NCBI GenBank assembly: GCA_037380845.1
Contig: JARRRI010000040.1
Span: 7,779 to 34,614, forward strand
Source: Candidatus Sulfobium sp.
GTDB taxonomy: Bacteria; Nitrospirota; Thermodesulfovibrionia; Thermodesulfovibrionales; UBA6898
Reading direction: 5' to 3'
DNA length: 26,836 nt
In this document: piece by piece, positions 7,627-16,790 of the stretch
Layout: each line of letters opens with the position of its first letter
How positions within the stretch are numbered: position 1 is the first letter of the stretch
The notes under the pieces: model-generated
What the model was told of the DNA's origin: nothing
The model's database searches: none
The model's input: the letters and a program-made list of their open reading frames with translations, nothing else
Made by a program: the position numbers and the translations under genes

Positions 7627-9528
7627 ACGCAGATCAAGCTCATAATTGAAGAAGGACGGGAACAGGATATCAGCGATATTTCCGAGTTGGAGAAGTCGCT
7701 CAAAAAAGTGAAGGCCATAGCCGTAAAAGTCAACGGGCGGCTCGAAGACCTGACTTCCTTGGGGTCCCTGGGTGAGAAGGACGTTCTTGAAGCGGTCACT
7801 TTTGGTTCCGAAGAGGGCAGGGAGATTTACAGGCACAGCACGTCACATGTCATGGCCCACGCCGTGAAGACTCTATTCCCGGAAGCGAAGGTGGCCATAG
7901 GTCCGGCGATACAGGAAGGCTTCTATTACGACTTCGATATCGAAAAGAACTTTACCCCTGAAGACCTGGCGGCCATTGAAAAGGAGATGGAAAGGATCAT
8001 CAGGAAAAATTCTTCCTTCGTAAGAAAGGAAGTCGGCAGGGAAGAGGCTATACGCATGTTCGAAGAGATGGGCGAGCCCTATAAAGTCGAACTTATCAGG
8101 GACATACCTGATGAAAAAGTGTCCATATATGAAGAGGACGGGTTTGTCGACCTGTGCCGTGGGCCTCACCTTGCGTCAACCGGCAAGGTCGCGGCTTTCA
8201 AGCTCCTCAGCGTAGCCGGGGCCTACTGGAGGGGAGACGAGAAAAACAAGATGCTCCAGCGGATCTACGGGACCGCCTTCAACAATCCGAAGGATCTGAA
8301 AAAGTATCTGGATTTTCTGGAAGAAGTGAAGAAAAGAGACCACAGGAGACTGGGGAAGGAGCTTGACCTTTTCAGTATCAGCGACGATATCGGTTCCGGG
8401 CTCATACTCTGGCATCCGAATGGTGCCCTGATCAGAAAGACGATCGAGGATTTCTGGAGGGACGAGCACCTCAAGGCCGACTACAAAATCCTTTACACCC
8501 CCCACATCGCCAAACTGGATCTATGGAAGAGAAGCGGTCATCTGGATTTCTACAGGGAGAACATGTATTCACCGATGGAGATAGAGGGGATCGATTACGA
8601 AATCAAGCCGATGAACTGTCCCTTTCATCTGGGTGTATACAAGAGTAACTTGAGAAGTTACCGCGATCTTCCATTGCGTTATGCCGAGCTCGGAACGGTT
8701 TACCGGTACGAGCGGTCGGGAGTGCTGCACGGTCTTCTTCGGGTCAGGGGATTTACGCAGGACGATGCTCATATATTCTGCAGGGAGGACCAGATTGAAG
8801 ATGAAATATTGAGGGTTCTCGATTTCACTCTTTTTATACTGAGGACCTTCGGATTCGAGCAATACGACGTTTATCTTTCGACAAGACCCGAAAAATATGT
8901 GGGGAGCCTTGAAAACTGGGAAAGGTCTACGAGTGCGCTCAAACAGGCCCTTGAGAACAAGGGCCTGTCTTTCATGATCGACCCCGGAGAAGGCGTGTTC
9001 TACGGCCCCAAGATCGATATCAAGGTCAAGGATTCGCTGGGAAGACCGTGGCAATGCAGTACTATACAGGTCGATTTCAACAACCCTGAAAGGTTCGACA
9101 TTTCCTACAGGGGGAGCGACGGGAAAGACCATCGACCCATCATGGTGCACAGGGCGCTGATGGGCTCCCTGGAGAGGTTTTTCGGCATCTTGATCGAACA
9201 TTATGCAGGCGCGTTCCCCCTGTGGCTGGCGCCAGTCCAGCTGTCTGTTCTCACTATAGCGGAAAGACATGCCTCATATGCGGAGGAAATGTGCGCTGCT
9301 CTGAAGAGGGGCGGTATAAGGGCCGAACTCGACACCGACAACGAAAAGATCGGCAACAAGATACGGAAGAGCAGTGTCAGGAAGATACCTTATTCGGCAG
9401 TAATAGGAGACAAGGAAGTATCCGAGCGCAGGGTCATGCTCAGGAGGAGGGACGGGCAGAATTCGGGCCCCTTTACGGCAGAGGAATTGACGGCTCTTCT
9501 TCGGGAAGAGGTTAACTCCAGGAGGTGA
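7627..9528 (+). CDS. thrS: Threonine--tRNA ligase (start uncertain: ACG 7627, ATC 7633 or TTG 7687)
   Basis: RHSTSHVMA, DLCRGPH, GAYWRGD, RDHRRLG, KPMNCPFH, RYERSG, FYGPKID, HRALMGSLERF. Confidence 0.97.
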   Translation, partial: TQIKLIIEEGREQDISDISELEKSLKKVKAIAVKVNGRLEDLTSLGSLGEKDVLEAVTFGSEEGREIYRHSTSHVMAHAVKTLFPEAKVAIGPAIQEGFYYDFDIEKNFTPEDLAAIEKEMERIIRKNSSFVRKEVGREEAIRMFEEMGEPYKVELIRDIPDEKVSIYEEDGFVDLCRGPHLASTGKVAAFKLLSVAGAYWRGDEKNKMLQRIYGTAFNNPKDLKKYLDFLEEVKKRDHRRLGKELDLFSISDDIGSGLILWHPNGALIRKTIEDFWRDEHLKADYKILYTPHIAKLDLWKRSGHLDFYRENMYSPMEIEGIDYEIKPMNCPFHLGVYKSNLRSYRDLPLRYAELGTVYRYERSGVLHGLLRVRGFTQDDAHIFCREDQIEDEILRVLDFTLFILRTFGFEQYDVYLSTRPEKYVGSLENWERSTSALKQALENKGLSFMIDPGEGVFYGPKIDIKVKDSLGRPWQCSTIQVDFNNPERFDISYRGSDGKDHRPIMVHRALMGSLERFFGILIEHYAGAFPLWLAPVQLSVLTIAERHASYAEEMCAALKRGGIRAELDTDNEKIGNKIRKSSVRKIPYSAVIGDKEVSERRVMLRRRDGQNSGPFTAEELTALLREEVNSRR

Positions 9529-9532
9529 AAAC

Positions 9533-10042
9533 ATAAGCAGCAGGGATCTCAGCAAGGGTATAAGAGTAAACCAGCAGATCAGGGCGAAAGAGGTGAGGGT
9601 GATTGACAGCAGCGGAGAACAGCTTGGAGTAATGACAGCGAGGGAGGCCCTGAGCCACGCCGCAGCAAAGGAACTGGATCTGGTGGAGGTTTCGCCGAAT
9701 GCGTCCCCGCCGGTCTGCAAGATAATGGACTTCGGCAAATACAAGTATGAGCTGAACAAGAAGCATGCCCAGAAAACGGCCGACATAAAAGAGGTGAAGG
9801 TACGCCCGCGGATAGGCGGGCACGATTTGGAGCTGAAGATAAGGAACATCAACAGGTTCATTGAAGATGGAGACAAGGCCAGGGTGGTGATGTATTTCAG
9901 GGGCAGGGAAATCATCAGGCCTGAACTCGGCATGAAGGTATTCGAAAAGATAACGCAGGCCCTGACGGGGAGATTCCAGATCGAGCAGCAGCCCAGGCTG
10001 GAAGGAAACCACATTACCATGGTGGTTGCCCCGAAGTCATAG
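9533..10042 (+). CDS. infC: Translation initiation factor IF-3, non-canonical ATA start
   Basis: SD AGGAGGTG at 9520-9527, then in-frame ATA 9533 giving ...IRVNQQIRAKEVRVID; LDLVEVSPNASPPVCKIMDFGKYKYE; FRGRE. Confidence 0.95.
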   Translation: MSSRDLSKGIRVNQQIRAKEVRVIDSSGEQLGVMTAREALSHAAAKELDLVEVSPNASPPVCKIMDFGKYKYELNKKHAQKTADIKEVKVRPRIGGHDLELKIRNINRFIEDGDKARVVMYFRGREIIRPELGMKVFEKITQALTGRFQIEQQPRLEGNHITMVVAPKS

Positions 10043-10203
10043 CTGAATGCTTCCATGCAATCCCAATGTTTAAAAACATCCCGGCAGTAACATCCAGAGT
10101 CTTGTAAAGACGACGTGTCTTCTCATGTTTCACATAAATGTAGCCCGTGCCGGAAGATGGCAGGATATGTTTCGTACAACTGTGGGGGCGGATCGGGTGC
10201 GGG

Positions 10204-10404
10204 TTGCCTTCAGGATTGAAAACTCATAGAGGCGCGGCCAAGCGGTTTGAGCTTACCGGGACAGGGAAGATCAAGAGGCGGAAAGGCTATAAAAGCCATA
10301 TCCTTACCGGGAAGCCCCCGAAAAGGACGAGGAAGCTGAGGCAGCCTGCCCTGGTTTCCGACAGTGATTACCCTAACATCAGAAGACTGTTGCCGTATTC
10401 GTAA
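10204..10404 (+). CDS. rpmI: 50S ribosomal protein L35
   Basis: [32 protein letters not shown]; probable TTG start at 10204; lies between infC and rplT. Confidence 0.93.
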   Translation: MPSGLKTHRGAAKRFELTGTGKIKRRKGYKSHILTGKPPKRTRKLRQPALVSDSDYPNIRRLLPYS

Positions 10405-10471
10405 ATTAGTCGAGAAAATTTGAGAAAGAGGATAAATTTCTCTTATCCGTTTTTCGGTAAAGGAGGAAGAG

Positions 10472-10831
10472 ATGCCGAGGGCGAAGGGTGGTTTCAAGAC
10501 AAGAAGGAGAAGGAAAAAGGTCCTGGAAAGGGCCAAGGGGTACTATGGCGCGAAGAGCCGTCTTTACAGGTCGGCCACGGAGACCGTCGACAAGGCTCTG
10601 CAGTACGCATATAGAGACAGGAAGGCCAGGAAAAGAGAGTTCAGGTCACTCTGGATAACGAGAATAAGTGCCGCTGTCCGCGCCATGGGACTGAATTACA
10701 GCCAGTTTATGGCGGGCGTTAAGAAAGCGGACATCGCTCTCGACAGGAAAGCCCTGGCCGATCTGGCCTATCACGATCCAAAGGCCTTCGGCAAAATCGC
10801 CGAGACGGCGAAGGCGGCTTTGGCTTCCTAG
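10472..10831 (+). CDS. rplT: 50S ribosomal protein L20
   Basis: MPRAKGG...[10 protein letters not shown]...[30 protein letters not shown]. Confidence 0.98.
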   Translation: MPRAKGGFKTRRRRKKVLERAKGYYGAKSRLYRSATETVDKALQYAYRDRKARKREFRSLWITRISAAVRAMGLNYSQFMAGVKKADIALDRKALADLAYHDPKAFGKIAETAKAALAS

Positions 10832-10834
10832 AAC

Positions 10835-11848
10835 GTGGATGAACTCCCCTCTTTAAAAAAGCAGTTTCTGGAAGAAACCGACAGAATAACAGATCTGGCC
10901 GGTCTTCAGCTGCTAAAGGCGAAATACCTGGGAAAAAAAGGGGTCCTCACGTCACAACTGAAGTCCCTTTCATCCGTTCCCCCCGATAAAAGGCGGGAAT
11001 ACGGCAAGGCCCTCAATGAGATCAAGGGCTTTATCGATGAGACATTAAAGAACCTGGAACTGTCGCTAAAGGAAAGGGAGAAGGCCGCGAGGCTTCTCGC
11101 GGAAAAGACCGACGTCACTCTGCCCGGCAAATTCACCCCGTTCGGCAGAAGACACCCCATAAGTCAGGTCCTTTCGGAGATACAGGATATTTTCGTGTCG
11201 ATGGGGTTTCGTGTCGAGGAGGGTCCCGAGATCGAGCTCGACTATTACAATTTCGAGTCGCTGAATATACCAAGGGAGCACCCTGCCCGCGACATGCAGG
11301 ACACGTTCTACGTATCTGAGGATGTGGTGCTCAGGACCCATACGTCGCCCGTCCAGGTCAGGGTCATGGAGAAGCACAAGCCGCCGCTCAAGATAATAGC
11401 TCCCGGCAAGGTTTACAGGTGTGACGCCGACGTTTCTCATACGGCGATGTTCCATCAGGTCGAAGGGTTGATGGTCGATACCCATATCTCCTTTAGTGAT
11501 CTGAAGGGCGTCCTTGAACTCTTTATCCATACCTTTTTCGGCCGGGATATCCCTGTTCGGTTCAGGCCCAGCTACTTCCCTTTCACCGAGCCCAGCGCAG
11601 AGGTGGACATGGGATGTATCTTCTGTTCCGGCTCAGGGTGCAGAATGTGCAAGGGGACCGGATGGATCGAAATCCTGGGTTCCGGACTCGTCAACCCCAG
11701 GGTATTCGAGATGGCGGGATATGACCCCGATCAATATACCGGCTTTGCCTTCGGAATGGGCGTCGAGAGGATCACACTCCTCAAATACTCTATCGACGAC
11801 ATCCGTCTGTTCTTCGAAAATGATATCCGGTTCCTGAGGCAGTTCTGA
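10835..11848 (+). CDS. pheS: Phenylalanine--tRNA ligase alpha subunit
   Basis: HPARDMQDTF, LRTHTSPVQ, FHQVEGL, YFPFTEPSAE, GFAFGMGVER. Confidence 0.98.
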   Translation: MDELPSLKKQFLEETDRITDLAGLQLLKAKYLGKKGVLTSQLKSLSSVPPDKRREYGKALNEIKGFIDETLKNLELSLKEREKAARLLAEKTDVTLPGKFTPFGRRHPISQVLSEIQDIFVSMGFRVEEGPEIELDYYNFESLNIPREHPARDMQDTFYVSEDVVLRTHTSPVQVRVMEKHKPPLKIIAPGKVYRCDADVSHTAMFHQVEGLMVDTHISFSDLKGVLELFIHTFFGRDIPVRFRPSYFPFTEPSAEVDMGCIFCSGSGCRMCKGTGWIEILGSGLVNPRVFEMAGYDPDQYTGFAFGMGVERITLLKYSIDDIRLFFENDIRFLRQF

Positions 11849-12066
11849 TGTTTGCCAGGCCAGCGAAGCCGGAACCAGGATATTTTCGACGCCGGGACGC
11901 AGAGTTCACAGAGGTTTCATCGCCTTTGTTTTCCGGTGAGATGGCTACAAGCAAAAAAAGACCGGTCACGGCAGTTTATATATTTCTGCCCTCTCTTTTC
12001 TGCGGTGAACTATTGCTTTTTTGTTTTTTTGAACTTTTTTGCATTTCAGGGGACTGACTGCGAACC

Positions 12067-14039
12067 ATGAAAGTTTCGTTTGACTGGCTAAAGGACTTTA
12101 TAGATGTTCAGGCGGCGCCTTCGGAGGTGGCTGACGGCCGGACTGCCTCAGTATGCTGGGCGTTGCCCGCGAAACTGCCGCGGCCCTGGGTCTGCCTCTC
12201 AGGATACCGGTCGACGGCATCGGTGGGAATCTTCCGGCCGCCGGGATAACGGTGGAGATAGCCGATCCCGGGCTGTGTCACAGATACGCGGGGAGACTGA
12301 TAACAGGTGTTACAGTTGCCGATTCGCCCGTCTGGATCATGGACAGGCTCGAAAAATGTGGCATAAGGTCCCTGAACAACAATATCGTCGATGTTACCAA
12401 TTATGTTTTGCTGGAAGTGGGTCATCCGCTCCATGCATTCGATGCCGACAAGCTGGCGGACAGCACGATAAGGGTAGCAGTGGCCGGGGAGAATGCGTCG
12501 ATCACGACCCTGGACGGAGTGGAAAGAAGGCTGCCGGAAGACGCTCTGCTGATATGGGATTCGCGGAGGCCTGTTGCGGTGGCCGGCATCATGGGGGGCG
12601 AGGGATCGGGCGTCAAGTCCGACACCGTTAATATTTTCCTCGAAAGCGCCTACTTCCTGCCGTCCTCCGTACGCAGGACTTCAAAGAAGCTGGGACTTAA
12701 GAGCGAGTCTTCATACAGGTTCGAGAGGGGGACCGATATAGAGTTTCTCGAGAAGGCTCTGGACCGGGCCGCCCTTCTCATACGGGAGACCGGCGGGGGA
12801 GAGATACATGAGATCGTCGACGTCTATCCAAAAAAGTTCGTACGGCCCCGCGTTGAGGCAAATTATGCAAAAATAAACAGCCTTCTTGGCACGGACATCC
12901 TGAAGGATGAAATGCTGAACATGCTCGGCGGCGTGGGCATAAAAACTGAAGACAGGGGAGATGATTTTGCGGCATTCCCGCCGGCTTTCAGGAGAGATGT
13001 GACACGGTATGTGGACCTGGCCGAAGAGGTTGCCCGGATCTACAATTATGGCAATATCCCCGTTACGCTGCCGAAGACCCCCCTTTCCGGCGGAGGCACA
13101 AGCCGGAGAGAGAAAAACCTGAAGAAACTGCACGAGTCGATGAGAAAATGCGGTTTCACCGAGGTGATAAACTACAGCTTCATGAATGCGGCAGATCTTG
13201 ACCTGCTGGACCTGCCTGATGACGATGTCAGGAGAAGACATGTCCGGGTGCTCAATCCCTTAAGGCAGGAGGACTCGCTCATGAGGACGACCCTCGTACC
13301 GTCTCTTATCAATAACTTTATTTACAATGTTTCCAGGGGTGCCGGGGACCTCAGGCTGTATGAGTTGTCGAGGGTGTTTATCGACGGGGGTGACCGGCTC
13401 CCGGATGAAGAATCGAGGCTCGCGGGGATATTTTATAAAGAAAACCTGCCTTCCCTGTGGAGTGAACACACGCCCGCTTTCTTTACCTTGAAAGGGGCCC
13501 TGAGCGGTCTTTTCGGGGAATTGAAGGTAGCCGATGTCCGGTTTATTCCTTCGGAAGAAACTTTCCTGCACAGCGGCAAATCCGCGGACATGGAGAGGGA
13601 AGGACGAAAGGTCGGCTTTATCGGCGAACTCGCGCCGGGCGTTCTGGAACGCCTGAAGCTGAAGATAAGAAAGCCTGAAGTGCTGGTTTTCGAGATAGAC
13701 GTCGATATATTGTTGTCATTTGTTCCCGAGACCGTGAGGTATTCGCCTGTTCCGAAATATCCCACCATAGAAAGAGATCTGGCTCTTGTTCTGGACGAGA
13801 ACGTGACTTGCGCCGAGGTGAGGAACGTTATTGACGAATTCACGTCCGAATATATAGAAGAAGTTGAAGTTTTTGACGCGTATAGCGGAAAGAACATCCC
13901 GGACAAGAAGAAAAGTCTGGCTTTCAGGATAATATATCGCAGTCCCGGGAGGACCCTGACCGACGACGAAGTGGAATCGGTCCACCAGAAGCTCGTTGAA
14001 TTCATCCTGAGGAAGACCGGAGGCGAAATCAGAGGGTAG
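12067..14039 (+). CDS. pheT: Phenylalanine--tRNA ligase beta subunit, disrupted by an N-terminal deletion/frameshift at about 12135
   Basis: MKVSFDWLKDFID...EVAD in one frame joins RPDCLSMLGVARE in another; then NNIVDVTNYV, HAFDADKL, SSYRFERG, DLAEEVARIY, RDLALV, KSLAFRIIYRS. Confidence 0.93.
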
Positions 14040-14066
14040 CCGGGGCAACGGCATGCCCCGGCCTTT
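14039..14066. terminator. Hairpin between convergent pheT and copZ
   Basis: GCCGGGGCA (14039-14047) / TGCCCCGGC (14054-14062), followed by CTTT. Confidence 0.6.
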
Positions 14067-14072
14067 GCCGCT

Positions 14073-14276
14073 TCAATTTTTTATCTTGTAGCCCGCCTTC
14101 ACGATGGCGTCCTCGATCTCTTTTTTCTGCACCTTGGACTCGTCGAAGGTCACCTTGACCTGGCCCACATCTACCGCCAGATCACTGATGCCGGCGAGGC
14201 TTTCCACCGCCTTCTTTACCCTCATGACACAATGCTGACATGACATGCCGTCGACCATTATCGTCGCTTCAGCCAT
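14073..14276 (-). CDS. copZ: CopZ-like copper chaperone (HMA domain)
   Basis: 67 aa; VDGMSCQHCV motif; AIVKAGY end; SD GGAGGAG. Confidence 0.9.
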   Translation of the reverse strand: MAEATIMVDGMSCQHCVMRVKKAVESLAGISDLAVDVGQVKVTFDESKVQKKEIEDAIVKAGYKIKN

Positions 14277-14349
14277 CTTGCTCCTCCTTTCTGCGTGAAG
14301 ATTAAAGGTGAATGCCTTCTCCCAGGAAGATGGAAGACCTCTTCAGACA

Positions 14350-15585
14350 TTACACCTCTACAGTCAATATTTTTCTGGCAATGTCCGGATGGGTGGCCAG
14401 GAAGCGCAGCTCATCGTCGGTCAGAGGCTTTTGAGTGTGCAGGTTTGCATACTGGGCAAGTTCCAGTATCCGTCTTGCCTCGTCATCCGTCTCGAAATGT
14501 ATGCCCAGTTTGTCGTAGACGTGCCTGAAACCTTTGATCCCGCCGTATTCGCCGGTGGTTATGACCCTGCCCGTCTCCAGCAACTCCGGTTCTCCCCTGC
14601 CGACATCTTCGGGGTCGTACAGCTCGTAATTACGCCTGTCCTTGAGTGCGCCGTCCGCATGTATGCCTGACTCGTGTGCAAATGCATTCGATCCAACCCC
14701 CGGCTGGTTTATGGGAATCGGCAACCCGAAGGCGAGAGACGCATACTTCGCTATCTTCCACGATTTCTTCAGGTCCACGTGTTCGTCGAGATGTACTTTC
14801 TGGCTCAGACCGTGTGAAAACTTGAGGGCAAGAATCGTGGCCACGAGGTCGCAGTTCCCGCATCTTTCTCCATATCCGTTTATCGTGGTATTGATGTATG
14901 TATCCACCCCGCCTTCAATAGCCCCCTGGGCACCCGCACATGACACGGCTTCAGCCATGCCCAGGTCGTTGTGGCAGTGCATTTCCAGCGGGAATTTGGT
15001 CGCGAGAGCCAGCGCCTTTATCCTCTCGTATATAGTGATCGGATCATCCGCGCCGAGGGTGTCGCAGTACCGGAAGCGGTCGGCGCCTGCCTCCTTGCCG
15101 GCAAGGGTGAAATCTATAAGCCGGTCCAGTTCGGTACGCGAGGCGTCCTCGGCATTAATACCTACGGTCTCGGCGCCGAGTTCCTTTGCCGTCCTGACGG
15201 CTTCAACCATGGACTTCACTATATCCTTCCACGTCTTTTTCCCCTGGAATTTCCCCTGGATCATGATCTCCGATGTGGACATCGACACGTTCAGGTGCTT
15301 TATCCCGGGGCAGTTCTCGAAGGCGAGTCTCACGTCATCGGGCACGGCCCTGCACCATCCCTCCAGGTGGATCCGCTTCATGGTGCCGACTTTCGCCAGT
15401 TCGAGGTTTCCATTGATATAATTAACTTCGTGCCTGAGTGTAGGAAACCCTATTTCACTCTGATAAACACCCATGTCATCGAGGTAGATGTTGAGCATCG
15501 TCTTCGACAACTTCGGCAGCAGAATGCGCGAGGTCTGAACGCCGTCCCTGTTGGTAACGTCTATAAGATAGACTTTTCCTGTCAT
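14350..15585 (-). CDS. Homocitrate synthase / LeuA-like DRE-TIM metallolyase
   Basis: Likely start ATG 15585 after AAGGAGAG (MTGKVYLIDVTNRDGVQT); NAEDASR, YCDTLG, HCHNDLGMA, NGYGERCGN, FAHESGIHADG. Confidence 0.88.
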   Translation of the reverse strand: MTGKVYLIDVTNRDGVQTSRILLPKLSKTMLNIYLDDMGVYQSEIGFPTLRHEVNYINGNLELAKVGTMKRIHLEGWCRAVPDDVRLAFENCPGIKHLNVSMSTSEIMIQGKFQGKKTWKDIVKSMVEAVRTAKELGAETVGINAEDASRTELDRLIDFTLAGKEAGADRFRYCDTLGADDPITIYERIKALALATKFPLEMHCHNDLGMAEAVSCAGAQGAIEGGVDTYINTTINGYGERCGNCDLVATILALKFSHGLSQKVHLDEHVDLKKSWKIAKYASLAFGLPIPINQPGVGSNAFAHESGIHADGALKDRRNYELYDPEDVGRGEPELLETGRVITTGEYGGIKGFRHVYDKLGIHFETDDEARRILELAQYANLHTQKPLTDDELRFLATHPDIARKILTVEV

Positions 15586-15742
15586 AATTTCTCTCCTTAT
15601 CGGGAAGATATGTTGCCCGGCAAATCGATGCAGAGCCATTATTATACCATAGAAGAGAGCAGAGTCGGGCAACGTCCGACGAAATAACTGGAAAAGATAG
15701 AGCCACTCTGTTAAAATGATAAGCATTTTTAAGGGGGAACAG

Positions 15743-16483
15743 ATGGATATGAAAGGACAGGTCGTTCTGGTAACGGGCGGCGCGAGAGGTATAGGACGGA
15801 CTATTGCGGAGGGCTTTGCCGGGAGGGGGGCCAGTGTGGTCGTGGCCGATATATCCGAAGAAAGCGCAGGAACCGCCGCCGGGGAACTGGCGTCCCTTGG
15901 TGTCAGGACAAAGGCCATAAAACTGGATGTCTCGAAATCCTCAGACGTGGAGAAAGCCTTTGCCGATATCCTGAGTGAATTCGACAGGATCGACGTACTT
16001 ATAAACAACGCAGGGATTACCCGGGACGGGCTTCTGCTGAGGATGAAGGAGGCGGACTGGGACACCGTAATAAACATCAATCTTAAAGGGGTGTTCCTCT
16101 GTTCCAAAGAGGCGGTAAAGTCCATGGTGAAGCAGAGATACGGCAGAATCGTAAACGTAGCCTCCGTTGTCGCCTTTATGGGGAACCCGGGCCAGTCCAA
16201 TTATGGCGCCTCGAAGGCGGGCATCGTAGGGTTGACCAGGACGGTCGCCAAGGAGTATGCGAGCAGGGGCATTACGGCAAACGCAGTGGCGCCGGGGTTT
16301 ATATCCACCGCCATGACGGACGCCCTGACTGAAAATGTGAGACAGGAAATGTTAAAATCTATACCGGCCGGAAAATTCGGCTCCGTCGATGACGTTGCGA
16401 ACGCAGTCATTTTTCTTGCTTCGCCCGACAGCGGATATATAACGGGACAGGTTATCCATGTCAACGGCGGCATGTACATGTGA
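15743..16483 (+). CDS. fabG: 3-oxoacyl-ACP reductase
   Basis: TGGARGIG, NNAGITRD, YGASKAG; directly precedes acpP-fabF. Confidence 0.96.
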   Translation: MDMKGQVVLVTGGARGIGRTIAEGFAGRGASVVVADISEESAGTAAGELASLGVRTKAIKLDVSKSSDVEKAFADILSEFDRIDVLINNAGITRDGLLLRMKEADWDTVININLKGVFLCSKEAVKSMVKQRYGRIVNVASVVAFMGNPGQSNYGASKAGIVGLTRTVAKEYASRGITANAVAPGFISTAMTDALTENVRQEMLKSIPAGKFGSVDDVANAVIFLASPDSGYITGQVIHVNGGMYM

Positions 16484-16562
16484 GGTCTGAAGGGGCGTTA
16501 CACCACATAAATAGCCGTTAAGTATGATATCAATATTTTGAAATGAACGGGAGGTTATTATT

Positions 16563-16790
16563 ATGGAAGAAAAGGTGAAGGAGATAATTGCAAAACAGCT
16601 TGGAGTAAACCCTGCCGATGTAGTTCCCGATGCCTCGTTTGTCGAAGACCTCGGGGCCGATTCGCTCGATACGGTCGAGCTGGTCATGGCCTTCGAAGAA
16701 ACCTTCAACGTAGAAATCCCCGACGAGGATGCCGAGAAGATCGCGAAGGTCAAGGACGCAATAGAGTACATAAAGAACAAGCAATCTTAA
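16563..16790 (+). CDS. acpP: Acyl carrier protein
   Basis: [18 protein letters not shown]. Confidence 0.98.
   Translation: MEEKVKEIIAKQLGVNPADVVPDASFVEDLGADSLDTVELVMAFEETFNVEIPDEDAEKIAKVKDAIEYIKNKQS

Noticed and set aside
10147..10203. 19-aa N-terminal extension of L35 in the ORF track
   Set aside because: L35 similarity begins at about 10204; the extension looks non-coding.
11848..12070. Small ORFs 11848-12057 and 11852-12070 as the missing pheT segment or a leader peptide
   Set aside because: No PheT-like residues; the Phe richness derives from T-tracts of the spacer.
15586..16200. 616-aa version of the homocitrate synthase ORF
   Set aside because: The extension is largely the antisense of fabG; the real start is ATG 15585 with an SD.
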